A stretch of 62,509 nucleotides of DNA, counting the filler, from Diploschistes diacapsis (lineage: Eukaryota): NCBI GenBank assembly GCA_023645945.1. It is 22 parts of 22 records of this genome, joined end to end, with 100 filler letters (N's around TTAATTAATTAA, not from the genome) between each part and the next. Parts side by side here need not be neighbours in the genome. Positions count along the whole stretch, not along the records: positions 1 to 1,767 come from JALAIB010002643.1; positions 1,868 to 3,634 come from JALAIB010002644.1; positions 3,735 to 5,500 come from JALAIB010002645.1; positions 5,601 to 7,366 come from JALAIB010002646.1; positions 7,467 to 9,231 come from JALAIB010002647.1; positions 9,332 to 11,096 come from JALAIB010002648.1; positions 11,197 to 12,961 come from JALAIB010002649.1; 15 more parts are not named here. One strand, 5' to 3'. Under the pieces are notes generated by a model that was not told the DNA's origin, did not search any database, and was given only the letters and a program-made list of their open reading frames with translations. A program made the translations under genes and the position numbers. Shown here one piece after another: positions 1-11,812 of the stretch; within the stretch, counting starts at the first letter, position 1; each line of letters opens with the position of its first letter.

Positions 1-830
1 GGGATAATACTTTCTGCTTATTTTGTCTATAGTTCTTTGTTTTTAAAAATAATTAAAAAAAAAGTCATTCTTTTTTAATCGAAACCGTCTCGACCATCGT
101 CGCTAGATCGCGATTATCCGCGATTAAACGCTGGCGATCGGTTTAATAATAAAAGATACGTACGACGACCTTCGTAAGTTTTTTAATATCGAGCTGGATC
201 CCTTTCTCGTTTATATTTTAAATATTTCCAAAAATAACGTCGTATTAGACGCGGAGTTCCTAAAAACGCTCCAGAAACGGGCGTAAAACCCTCGACACCG
301 CGACGTCGGTTTTCTTATTTAAAAGAAAGCTATTCCAAACTGTACTTAATTCTAGATACTTTTCTAAGAAGCGTTATAACTAATAACGGCTTAGCTAGCG
401 TTGGTTATTCGGCTCGGAAATATTCCAAATCTTCGCCGTTAAATTTTTAAATATTACGATAGAAATAAAGAATCCTCCGATTTATAAACGTTCCATATAC
501 CTCGCGAAAACATTCTTTTATTTAATAATCAAAAACTACTGCGATTGATAATTAATAAACTTCTTAAAACGGCCACTAAACTTGTCGAAAAAAGAAGAGA
601 AAGGAACGCCGTTACGTTGAACGACTTTACGAAGCGATAATAAAAGGGATTAAATTTTCGCTTCGATGAAAGCATTTTTTATCATCGAGAATATCTAGGT
701 TTAAATTAACAAAAAATAAAAAAATATATAGAACTTATAATGGATAAAAAAGGGGAGGGCATTTTGGGTATAAAAAGCGCTTATGGATGATCGGTTACTA
801 GGGTCCGCTCGGTTACTAGGGGCAACACTC
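1..830 (-). mobile_element. Pogo/Fot1-like DNA transposon 5' part, RIP-degraded, with terminal TIR
   Basis: TIR at about 785-830 with internal direct repeat CCCTAGTAACCGA x2 next to TA; minus strand reads LSLRKVVQRNGVP (HTH-like) and GNI*NINEKGIQL (cf. Pogo ENIYNMDEKGFQLG). Confidence 0.75.
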
Positions 831-832
831 TA

Positions 833-1767
833 GTTATTTTAGATGATTTTATATTATCTATCTTTATCGGTTTAGGTTCAGTTTTGGATAAAATATCTGA
901 ATAGTGGAAGAAAGATTAATCTAAAATAAATTATTAAATTATGATCTGTACGGGGGAGATCGATCAAGAACGTTTTCGTGATTTATTTATTACGAAAGTT
1001 AAATAGGATTCTTTATAAGTAAAATATTAGACGATTATTGAACCTGAACGTCGCTAACTGAACCTTAAGTTCGTTAATTATAAACTTAAGGAAGGTACGA
1101 TTATTTAGGAAATATGGATGTATTTAATAAAACTTTTAAAGAAGTTGTTATATGGACGAATCGAGTACGTTTTAAAGGTTTTTTTTTAATAATTACTTGC
1201 GGTATTACCGCTTGATTACGGAGTTATTGTCGACGTTATTGACACGTAAATCGATGATGTTTTATCCGTTAATATCGATTTCGATAGATGGCTTAATAGG
1301 CTTATCGATAAACAAAATAAGCTGATAGAAGAGGTTACAACATATTTTTTGCGTTATGATAGATTATAGTATCTTAAGGGTTCCCGCTTTTAGGGACGAT
1401 CCGACGAAAGACGATATTGCTATTCTAGTTTAATAAGAGGATATTTATTTTATAGAGATAATAATTATCGCGTAATATAGTGCAAACTCGTTAAAGAGTT
1501 TAGATAAATGGTTATTGTAGTAAAAGATAAGAAGCGGGAGAAAAGAAAAGAATCTTGAAACATCCGCGACAAGAAGGGTAAGAATAAGCGCGCCTATAAT
1601 GTAGAAGGTTTAGACGATGAAAGTTTAAAAAGTTTAAAATCTAAACCTGAATTTAAATCTTAATTATATGATAATGAAGTTGGTAATATAGTTAAGGACG
1701 TTATTATTAAAAGTAAGATTATTTTTATTAAATGGATCGGTGATACCGGCGCTTCATTATATATAAT
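833..1767 (+). mobile_element. Ty1/Copia gag-protease relic
   Basis: Ends in KWIGDTGASLYI (Copia protease WxxDSGAS motif); many TAA/TAG stops; 833-897 matches the reverse complement of 3735-3799. Confidence 0.65.
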
Positions 1768-1867
1768 NNNNNNNNNNNNNNNNNNNNNNNNNNNNNNNNN
1801 NNNNNNNNNNNTTAATTAATTAANNNNNNNNNNNNNNNNNNNNNNNNNNNNNNNNNNNNNNNNNNNN
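1768..1867. other. Artificial contig linker (44 N + TTAATTAATTAA + 44 N); recurs 21 times, e.g. 3635-3734, 12962-13061, 36500-36599, 60659-60758
   Basis: Identical 100-nt structure each time, with stops in all six frames; flanking contig lengths fall from 1767 to about 1753 nt. Confidence 0.98.
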
Positions 1868-2345
1868 AATTACGAAAAATTAATAAAAAATTTAATTAGA
1901 CGTTACGAGCCGGTCTAGAATTATTTAATTTGATTCGACGTTATTCGAATCGAATAACCCGTATATTTAAATTAATATATATTAAATTTATAACGCTTCG
2001 TAAAGAAAACCGAGAATAAAAAACGCTTTTTAATAATCGTAAAAAACGTAAATTAGATAAACGAATCGAATTAAAAAATCGTTTTATATTTAATATGAAC
2101 GAAGTTCTTAAAATAATAATTCGGGTTAAATCGAATCGAATAATTTCGAAACGATCTATAACGCGTAAAAAACGTCGTCGCGTTTCTGAAATCGAGAAAA
2201 TAAAAAATAAAATAAATAGATTCGATTTAGATCTATTAGATTCTAATTACGACGAATAGATTATATCTAAAAACCGTAGAATATTGGCGGTAATGATTTA
2301 AGGTGGCCGGAATCTAAAGATGGCCGGAATCCCCGTGAAACACGT
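1868..2345 (+). mobile_element. Pogo/Fot1 transposon 3' end with TIR; related ends at about 38757-39232, 47774-47966, 52495-52641 (+) and 53047-53244, 60039-60658 (-)
   Basis: Shared C-terminal relic ...KNRR(M/I)LAV(M/V)I* followed by a ~44-nt TIR ending AAACACGT then TA; TIR has two internal direct repeats like Tan1/Vader-type TIRs. Confidence 0.85.
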
Positions 2346-2675
2346 TATATGTAAGTGCGTGGTTGTGGCAGTAGGGGGACCTGAACCCCGGTGCGTATAT
2401 TACGGGCGTTATAGCTATCTTTCTTTTTTATAATGCTGACTCTTAGTATTTATTACGACTTATATAACGTCTCGAGTATATTAAATACCCTAAATCGTTT
2501 TTAATATTTACGTTATGGATTTAGAAGTAGGGTTATTTAACCGCATCTAAAATTAATCGCATATTTATATAACGACGACCCCGTAGGATTACGTACGCTT
2601 AACCGTAACGCAATAAATTCGACGTATTACCTACGCTCATGCTCGAACCAACGACTTAAGAAATGAAAATATAAT

Positions 2676-2846
2676 TATAACAGCGGAAGTAGTACTTAAT
2701 AGGTAACGCTATCCTACTAAATCAAAAGATTAATTATAATGCTTTCAGGAACCCCGAAGCACTGTTTCCCTATTACACTATATATAGATGCGTGGCTGTG
2801 GCAGCAGAAGGACCTGAACCCCGGTGCGCACACTGCGGGCGTTACA
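2676..2846. repeat. Short (~170 bp) LTR family 1; other copies 2348-2412 (partial), 38227-38364 (truncated), 41862-42024
   Basis: T(G/A)TAACAGCG...GTTACA termini; shared core TTTCAGGAACCCCGAAGCAC. Confidence 0.8.
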
Positions 2847-3046
2847 CGGGAAGTTTAATTACTTGAACTTACCGAGGTTTAGTTTAGTTCAGTTTAGCAG
2901 AACCTTCTGGAATCCTGACTAGACCGATCAGGAGTAGTATGGGTAGTAAAACTCAGCGGATCCCGTGGGGTATAAAAGTCTACGCAGTAGGATACTCTCA
3001 TAGATAAGACCTCTAGACTTCAATATATCCAGTACGTTGCAAAACA

Positions 3047-3634
3047 ATTTATTAGAATAAGTTTAATTTATAAAATCGTAAAGTTCTTAATCTGGTCTTA
3101 ATTACGCATAAATTCATCCTTAATTAAATCTTTAAGGCCGTCTTTATACATTTCTAATAAGGTTTCGTTATTATATTTAATCTGTCTGAAGTATTCCTGA
3201 AACTTTGTTATATATTCTAAAATTAATCCTTTCAGGTTGATTATCTTGATAACTCGAATCGAGTATTCTTTATCATTTATAATATCGAAAGTTAATCGGA
3301 TTTATTTCTTAAATTTCCTAAAGTTTTTAAATATTTTAAGCTCGTTTTTTTGTTCTTCTAAATAAGCATTGAGATGGGGTTTAATTTAAATTAGCGCGCG
3401 ATTACGTATATAACTTATAACGAAAACGGTTTATTCTTTTTACTATTCTTTAAATTACGGGTTTTAGTAAAAGCATAACGAAAATTATAATAATTAATAT
3501 TTAAACTTCTTGCGGTTCCCGTAATACTTATTTAATTTAAGATTTCGCATAACGAATCTTTATACGTTCGTTGTTTCGTCGGTTTTATCATTATTTTTGA
3601 AATCGTTTCTTTTAACTTCCGCGGTGTCCGTTAT
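3047..3634 (-). mobile_element. Ty3/Gypsy gag relic
   Basis: Minus strand reads ...KYYGNRKKFK...EYITKFQEYF...MYKDGLKDLIKDE, retrotransposon gag-like, with RIP stops. Confidence 0.7.
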
Positions 3635-3899
3635 NNNNNNNNNNNNNNNNNNNNNNNNNNNNNNNNNNNNNNNNNNNNTTAATTAATTAANNNNNNNNNN
3701 NNNNNNNNNNNNNNNNNNNNNNNNNNNNNNNNNNATATTTTGTTCAAAACTGAACCTAAACCGATAGAAATAGATAATATAAATCATCTAGGGTGACTAT
3801 AGTAGGCGATAGTGGCTAATTATCAAAAACGTAGTCCACCTCTTTACTTTTAAGATATATATGTATAAGTTCGAATTATTGCTATTAATTCTCTTTTCT

Positions 3900-4611
3900 C
3901 AGGATAAAAGCAACCCGCTTCTTAAATAAAATATCGTTCATCTTATTATTATTTTTTCGTAAATAAAGAAGATTTATTGAATGAATGACTCGTAATTAAT
4001 AAATAATATAAAAGATAATCTTCTATAATAGAAATAAAAATAATCGAAAAGTTCAGCAAAATTCAACTAAACTTCGATATTGACGAAAAAGAGAAGAAGG
4101 TTATTTTTCGTTAACCTATATAGATGATATCTAGATCCAACTACTTCTTATTTAGACCTACCCTAAGCCAGCGTATTAAGGTCCCGCGTTCTTTTAAAAT
4201 AATATAACTTCTACCTTTAAATCAACTTACCCTAAAATTTTATAATTTAGATCCTAAGCTTTTAAATCTTTTCGATTTAATTTACGTTAAATAACGTAAT
4301 CGGTACCCGCGTTCGTAACCGTAACAACTACCGGGAAACGTAATTTTAATAAACGATTAAATATAATAAAGCAGGTACTAATTCGGGCTTATAATCTATT
4401 TAACAACGTAATAGATATATTAAAATCTAAAAATCTATTTAAGAAATTATTTTATTTTATAAACTTTTATTTTTATGAGATACGCTAAACCCTATTATTT
4501 ATACTATTTCTAAACCGGTCTAGTTAGGATTCCAGGAGGTTTAGCTGAACTGAACCTCCCTCTGGAACTTAGTTAGACTCCCAGCCATGCCTTCTGCCTG
4601 TCTGCTCAACA
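3900..4611 (-). mobile_element. Copia 5' LTR (family 2, 4397-4611) plus adjoining internal region
   Basis: Homologous to 53345-53889; LTR TGTTGAGCAGAC...; RIP-altered GGTTATGAGCCC-type PBS next to the LTR. Confidence 0.75.
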
Positions 4612-5500
4612 GTAATAACATTAAACTTTCGGAAGTCGATATAAAGTCAAAGAATTTACCTTTTTCTACCGTTAGGTTTCGGTACGAAAATGATTGGAAA
4701 TAATGCTGGTAATTTAGATTTACGAATGTATCCCTTTTTAAACATTTCTTAAAGATATTGCTTAAGAAATTTCAGCTTTATCGCTAATGCTTTGTAAAAA
4801 GATCCAAATTTTGAAATTTTTCCGTCCATAAGTTCAATAACATGGTTTTAAGGTTTATACTTAAGTAATACTCGTAAGCCTATTTCTTCCTAAAAGAAGT
4901 ATAATTATTAATAATATTCTTTAGGGATCTTTAAAAGATAATCATTTTCTTTCTTATCAATATTTTTATTAATACGAGTCTTTACCTCTCGTATCTAAAT
5001 CTACTAATTAAGATCTTTCTTAATTCCGGTTCGAAAAGTATCGCATAATATTTTTTCCTTATCTACCGTAATCGCCATAACTGCGCGTAGACGGGATATG
5101 TTAACATACGCACATCCGTTTAACTCAAAGATCCGTGTCTTAAAATTAATCGTTAAATTATAAATATTTAATCAAAGGTTTCCGAGGATGATTTCGTAAA
5201 TAATTATATCTATTAAATCGAAAATAAGTTTCTTAATATACTCTAAAATCTTAATTATTAGCGATACCGTACGTCTAATAACCTATAAAACGTTACGTGT
5301 TATCACGGTTTCGAATATGTATTTCTATATAAATTCGCAATTCTTTATCTTTAATCGTTGTATATATAAAGTTAAAATAACGTTTATAATAATATTTAAA
5401 TCGATTAGTGCCCGCACGGCATATCGTTTTAATCTAATTTCGAAATCGGCCCAAATCCGCTTTATTTAAATCCGAATACCAGCGCTTATGTCTATAATAT
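4612..5500 (-). mobile_element. Ty3/Gypsy protease and N-terminal RT relic
   Basis: AVRALID..., EIILGNL*L, KGYIRKSKLPALFPIIFVPKPNG motifs on the minus strand. Confidence 0.8.
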
Positions 5501-5949
5501 NNNNNNNNNNNNNNNNNNNNNNNNNNNNNNNNNNNNNNNNNNNNTTAATTAATTAANNNNNNNNNNNNNNNNNNNNNNNNNNNNNNNNNNNNNNNNNNNN
5601 GTATTATACACGTTAAATTAAAATAATACTGTCGAAAGATGTATATAAATTATCGAAATAAACATCGGTGTTATATTTAAAGAAACGAAACAAGAATACG
5701 TTTTTTAAAACGAAGCAATATTAGCTTTATATTATATCCGAAATAAAACGATAATGAACCTAAATTAAACGATTTAATCGCGACGCTTATCGAATATTAA
5801 CTAAACGAAAAACCGTTAATAAATTATACCCGTATCTAGAAGTTAAGACATTATAATTACGTAAATCTAAAATTATTATTTACGACAAAACAAGTTAATA
5901 GATAGGGCGAAATTAGGTATAATAATTAAATATATTAATACCGATAAAT

Positions 5950-6559
5950 TAGGCTGGCCGTCACGGACACTGACACGGCCGTGTCCGTGTTTTGAAATTT
6001 TTAGCCGTAATGTCCGTGTCCGTGCTTTCACTACAGTACAGTGTCCGTAGAAGTATCCGTGTTTTAAAATTTTTAATCGTAGTGTCCGTGTCCGTGCTTT
6101 TATTATAATGTAATATCCGTAAAAGTGTCCGTGTTTTAAAATTTTTAATCGTAATATCCGTGTTAATAGATTTACTACCGTATCCGTGCATTCACCGAAA
6201 CACTTTTAAATAATATTTATTTTTTAATAGTTCTAGAATTATCACGCTTATTTTTCACGCTTTTATTTTTTCACCGCGGTATTTCGGTGGATTCACGGTA
6301 ATATTTCGGTGGATTTACTATAATATAATGTCCGTGGCAGTGTCGTGTTTTAAAATTTTTGGCGGTAGTGTCCGTGGAAGTGTCCGTGTTTTAAAATTTT
6401 TAGTCGTAATGTCCGTGTCCGTGCTTTTATTATAGTGTAGTGTCCATGGAAGTGTCCGTGTTTTAAAATTTTAGCGGTAATATCCGTGGCAGTGTCGTGT
6501 TTTAAAAATTTTCTCGGTAGTGTCCGTGGAAGTGTCCGTGGCACGAAACGGCCAGCCTA
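5950..6559. mobile_element. Non-autonomous TIR element with 66-bp TGTCCGTG tandem arrays (hAT-like); other copies or ends at 9332-9493, 40936-41045, 41059-41650, 49632-49854, 56118-56347, 58906-59182, 59342-59630, 59667-60030
   Basis: Termini TAGGCTGGCCGT...ACGGCCAGCCTA; internal array gives spurious 22-aa periodic ORFs; conserved central spacer. Confidence 0.8.
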
Positions 6560-7250
6560 ATATAAAATTAGGAATAAACCTTTCGTAAATTTAAAAACTT
6601 AACGGTCAACGCGTTTATCTTAAGGTTTTACGATTTAGATAAATTAATACGAATCGAAACCAATGTTTCAGAACTCGCTATTACAGCATACCTATTATAA
6701 CCAAATAATAACCATAAGTGGCGGCTGATAGCCTATTATTCGAGAAAGATGTTATTAATAGAAATCAATTACGACATAAGCGATTAGGAATTATTCGTTA
6801 TAATCGTTATTTTAGACGAATAGTATATCTATATTCACGAAATAAAAGAAACCGAAATCTATATAAACCATATAAATTTATTAAAATTCACGACGATAAA
6901 AAAATTTAATCCAAGATAGTTTCAATAGTTAGAAATTCTCGAACGATACCGTTTCACGATTAAAAAGATCGTAAATAAAATAAACGAACGAACTAACGCG
7001 TTAAATAAACGGCCAGACTATATAATAAAAAAATCGCGTCAAGTTAAACTATTAAAAATCAATAATAATAAATCATTCATAATAAATTTTCGAGAATTTA
7101 GAATAATTATAAATATTTTAAAAATTAATAAGAATAATACTTAATAATATAACTGAAGCTATATATTCCTATAAAAAAATATAAAACTATATACGACAAG
7201 ATTATAATTTATTGAAATATAAATATATCATTCGTTTAAAGTAACGATTA
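6560..7250 (+). mobile_element. Ty3/Gypsy RNase H relic (probable RT relic at 5601-5949 upstream of the inserted element)
   Basis: IETNVSELAI...KWRLIAYYSRKMLLIEINYDISD*EL...LEILERYRF...NALNKRPDY. Confidence 0.85.
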
Positions 7251-8611
7251 TGGCAAGTAACTTTTAATCGTTTATATCGTAATTGATTTCTATTAATAAT
7301 ATCTTTCTCGAATAATAGGTTATCAGCCGTTATTTATTGTTGTTATTAAGTTATAGTAGATATATTNNNNNNNNNNNNNNNNNNNNNNNNNNNNNNNNNN
7401 NNNNNNNNNNTTAATTAATTAANNNNNNNNNNNNNNNNNNNNNNNNNNNNNNNNNNNNNNNNNNNNCCTCTACTAGTTAGTGGTCTCGGGACATCTTGCC
7501 GAATCATCACACATAATATATTATATATCATCAAATGCTGGTGAGATTTTTCCCACATAAAGCGCTATGCTGCTTTTGCGAGTCGCATTCTTCATTCTTC
7601 AAGAGAATAGATAGATACCTGCACGTCTACTATACAAGTAAGTACCAGACAGACGACTCGAAACTACAAGAAGACTACAACAAAACAACAACTCTGGCTT
7701 TTTTTCTGAACGTGTCCGAGAGAATGTTTTTGTATGGTGTTGCAAAAGAACGATTGGACGGGGCTCCATATGTGCACGTGCAGCATCCCCGAAACAGAGC
7801 AACTGTGGAATCCCGAAACGGCCCGCCATCTGGTTGGTGCCTTGAAAGTTAAATATCTGCAATCCAGAGAGGCAAAGCCAGAAAACCACCAAAAAAAAAA
7901 AGTCGAATGCGTCATGATGCCCCTTCGCTTTTGCCGGTCGCGCCCCACGTGCGCTGTCTATATAACTAATGGGCGTTGGAACTTGAACGCTTCCGGTCAT
8001 CGCTCCTCAGCTCAGCGGAGTGGGGATTTCTCGCCGTCTATCATTCACATCAATTTTGTCATAAAAGTATAATGAATTGGGCCTTGACCGTTGACGGGCG
8101 CTGTTTGCAGGTCTTCCGCCCACAAAGCCCATCGAGGCTGCAGCATGCTGCTGATACTGCCACGTCGAAGAAGAATTTCATTCCGAGGGGTGTTCCCGGT
8201 CCGGAGAAGCAGGCGTGTAGAAGCGCTTGCACTTTCTTGTCGCGCGAGCTCGTGCTGCAGGCAAACCTCGTGGCGAAGGGTTGAGGGATGTGAGTCGGCG
8301 AAACAACCGAGAACAATTAGTGAACAAGCACCCATCGCTTCGTGCACGGATCTGATATCGGATGATGTTGGATGAGGACATGGGATCGTAAGACACGGGA
8401 CATGATAATAGCTAAAGTAAACACCCATACAATACAAGTTACAAGCCAGCATAGCCACCACCATCCGGCCAGATGACCAAAGCCATATCGCAACCCGAAT
8501 ACCCGCAATGAGAAGCCCACATATATACACAATAGCCTACACAGATATAGTACTCCGCGGTAGTATCCAGCGTAGTAGAACCCCCCATCTCGTCATCGCC
8601 CCCGTCTCCAA

Positions 8612-9229
8612 TCAGTCAAAGTGCGAGATACCGCTGGCCAACATGTCCGCTTCCGCATCGGCATCGGCTTCCGCATCGGCTTCCGCATCCCGGACCAGCA
8701 GCTCGACAAGGTCATCGTAGAGCTCAGCCTCCGGATCAGCCTCGGCGTCGCGCTGGATGAGCGAGTTGGACCGGGGACTGGAGCTGGGGCGGTAGCCGGT
8801 GTGCTGGACGGGGCCGTGGCCCATGAGAGGCTGATTCGTTGGCGTGCGGTTGATGCCGGAGAAATGGGAGGGTAGTTGTTCGATGGCCTCGCGGGCAAGC
8901 AGTTCGTACAGGTCGTCGTTGTCGGCTTCGGCGTCGCGGGCGTAGAGTGAGTCGAGGTCGCGCTTGCTGGAGGCAGAGTCGTCTCCTCCTCCTCCTCCTC
9001 CGCCACGTCCTCTTCCGAATCCACCTCGACCTCTTCCTCCACCGCCACCGCCTCTTCCGCCACCATCACCACCACCACCACCACCTCCTCCATGGTGGCC
9101 GGCTTCGCGGGTGTAGAGACCGAAGTCTTCGTCGAACAAGAGGTCGCGGGTGAGAAGCATGAGGTCGTTGGCCGAGTACTCGACGTCCCGCTTGCTGGAA
9201 GCAGAGTCGTCTCCACCGCCTCCTCCTCC
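8612..9229 (-). CDS. 5'-truncated Kex2/Ste13-processed repeat protein (KEP-like peptide precursor)
   Basis: Frame open to the contig end; GGGGGGDDSASSKR occurs twice; repeated LxxR-(D/E)A(EA) sites and acidic spacers; high GC3. Confidence 0.75.
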   Translation of the reverse strand, partial: GGGGGGDDSASSKRDVEYSANDLMLLTRDLLFDEDFGLYTREAGHHGGGGGGGGDGGGRGGGGGGRGRGGFGRGRGGGGGGGDDSASSKRDLDSLYARDAEADNDDLYELLAREAIEQLPSHFSGINRTPTNQPLMGHGPVQHTGYRPSSSPRSNSLIQRDAEADPEAELYDDLVELLVRDAEADAEADADAEADMLASGISHFD

Positions 9230-11198
9230 ACNNNNNNNNNNNNNNNNNNNNNNNNNNNNNNNNNNNNNNNNNNNNTTAATTAATTAANNNNNNNNNNNNN
9301 NNNNNNNNNNNNNNNNNNNNNNNNNNNNNNNATATTATAATAAAAACACGAACACGAATACTACGATTAAAAAATTTAAAACACGGATACTTTCACGGAC
9401 ATTATATTATAATAAAAATACGGACACGGACATTACGACTGAAAATTTTAAAACACGGATACTACCACGGCCGTGTCCGTGACGGCCAGCCTAGTTATAA
9501 CTGAAAACGATGGAGGGTGAGAGGCCTTTTATAGGCACATTTCACGCTAGTTTAATTAGTAATCCTTATTCTAGAATGTTCCTTATCCTTCTAAATTATT
9601 TCATGCATTAGTAAACCGAATATTCGATAATATTTCATAATCTTCGATGATATTCTATTATGTTCTAGGATATTCTAGAACCTTCTAGAACCTTCCAGAA
9701 TATTCGAACATGTTAGAAGCTTAGTAAGCAATCCGACTAACCAATTTAGGTTAGTATTCTGACAATATTAATAAATACTCGCCATCGATAAATTAAAGAT
9801 ATTATTAGAACGAAAATAAAGTTTATTGTAAAATATACCTAGACACGGTTTAACTCGAAGTAATGGTATTTATTGACAAACAATCTAAAGATAAAATGTT
9901 TCACATTAGTATGTCTCCGAAGAGATCTAATCTCAAGGCTGTGCTGTATAGGGCACCTGCTGACATCGACATGCATTTTATATTTTATGTAATGCATTAT
10001 CAAAGTGACATCGCGGGGGCTGCCGGGGATGCAGTCATTGTGATAGTTACGAAAATGACTCGAAGCGTCCGCAGGAGGAGCTTCACAAAAAAAAAACTGC
10101 CTAGTGAGTGAAAAGGTTGACAATGGTTGAGAGTAATCCTCGCTGGATCTTTACTGCCTTCCATTACATCTTTCTCTCATCTTTTACTACGCGCTACCTG
10201 CCTACCTGTCTGCCTGCATGTACCTCACAACCTCCCAAACCCTTCTTCAGCTCCCCAATCCTCAATCCTCAATCCCCAATCCCCCGGATCCTGTACCTCT
10301 ACGCCAATATGCCCCCCGTAATGCCCACCGCATCCGCCGCTGCAACCACCGCGCCCGCTGCCATTGGAGCGGCAGAGCCGCGCAGGGGGCGGAATGTGAG
10401 GCGAGACGGGCAAGCGGCGCCGTTGTGTCAAGGAGTATACATGGATCCGATCTGACATGGCATGGTGGGATGTCATGCGCCATGTCGTCCATCCGGGTGT
10501 GGAGGCGAAAACAGAGTTCAAAATCGGAGGCGATGCTTGCAGATGATTGGTTTATGTACGTACGTATGTGCTGCAAGATATCTGCTCGGAGCGGTTAACT
10601 AAGGGGGGTCGAGTTAGGTAGATATGTGGGCTGTTTATGTTGCTCAAGGCTGCGCAGAGGCAGGGGGGACAAACTCTGTCAATCCCCTTTTTTGACAAGA
10701 GGTTTTCTTTCTTTTTCTGAACCTTAAAAAATAATCCCCTTTCATTTTGGGTTTACAGCAGACTATAAGTATTCGCTGCTAGCCTCCTTCTTTCTTCCCC
10801 TCGTTATGGGGACCCCCCGAGTCCATTATCCCTGTGCCCCTACTTTGTTACACACAAAAAAGAATCGAAAAGAAGCAAAGCGGCCAGGTAAAGTGACAAG
10901 AAGGATCCGAACGGATAAGAAAGATGCAATAACCCCCACCCCGCACTCATCAAAGCCCAGACTCCTGTTGCGCGGATGCTCTGTCCGCCCAGAGCCCTCC
11001 ACTCCCCATCGGACCTTCTCATCCGATCCACCATCGCCCCCTTCCCCTCCCTGCAACTCAACACGTCCACGCTAAACGTGCTCCCTCTCCCTCGCCNNNN
11101 NNNNNNNNNNNNNNNNNNNNNNNNNNNNNNNNNNNNNNNNTTAATTAATTAANNNNNNNNNNNNNNNNNNNNNNNNNNNNNNNNNNNNNNNNNNNNAG

Positions 11199-11276
11199 GG
11201 CGGGGAGAATATGGTTGAGGGCGTGAGGGCGTTCGTGGAGAAGAGGGAGCCCGTTTGGGTGGGGAGCAAGCTTTAG
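11199..11276 (+). CDS. C-terminal fragment of an enoyl-CoA hydratase/isomerase with PTS1
   Basis: GGENMVEGVRAFVEKREPVWVGSKL*: crotonase C-terminal motif EGxxAFxEKRxP plus terminal SKL; the rest is cut off by the contig start. Confidence 0.75.
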   Translation, partial: GGENMVEGVRAFVEKREPVWVGSKL

Positions 11277-11812
11277 TCAGGGTGGGCTGGCTGGCTGGGG
11301 TTTGAGATGTGGGGCAGGCAGGCAGGCAGGCTGGAAATGTCCGGGTTGGATGTTTTATGTTTCGAAACAGCCATGGCATAGGACTCGCTCGGGTCGATGA
11401 GATTGAATTAAACGAGGATTTCTGTAGATTTGTGCAAGGGAAAATAAGTTGTACTGATTGATTAGGCGTGCGTACCATCAAGACACCTTGAGCGTCGGGC
11501 AACAACAGTACGTGCAATCCTACAAACCGCCTTGTATTCATTCGCTTTGATATAGCCATCAAGACTTCTTCAACAACGAGCCCCCCATATAACCACTTTG
11601 TAAAAAGTGTCTCCCATCTTTCGTCCAATCCAGGCGTTATGCTTAAGAATAGACACCCACGCTCAACACCTCCGTCCTTAAGAGGATTGTAGGAACGTTG
11701 GCGTGAGCCATACGAAATGCCTCGTCCACTCCAGAGCGTTACCCCGGGACGGGCTCTACGGGCGCTGCTTCCTTGGCATTTCTGCGTGTCCACCTTTTCG
11801 TCAGCAGGCCTT

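Noticed and set aside
1812..1823. Regularly spaced TTAATTAATTAA palindromes as a CRISPR-like or biological repeat
   Set aside because: Always embedded in 44-N runs; a six-frame-stop concatenation linker.
1..7366. AT-rich contigs as mitochondrial or bacterial contamination
   Set aside because: TpA excess with retained CpG, transition-dominated differences among copies and TE motifs indicate RIP-mutated nuclear repeats.
7535..8532. Overlapping short ORFs downstream of the peptide precursor
   Set aside because: No recognisable motif or codon bias; probably UTR or intergenic.
10108..11096. Short GC-rich ORFs in contig 6
   Set aside because: No domain, consistent splice model or start/stop context that I could support.
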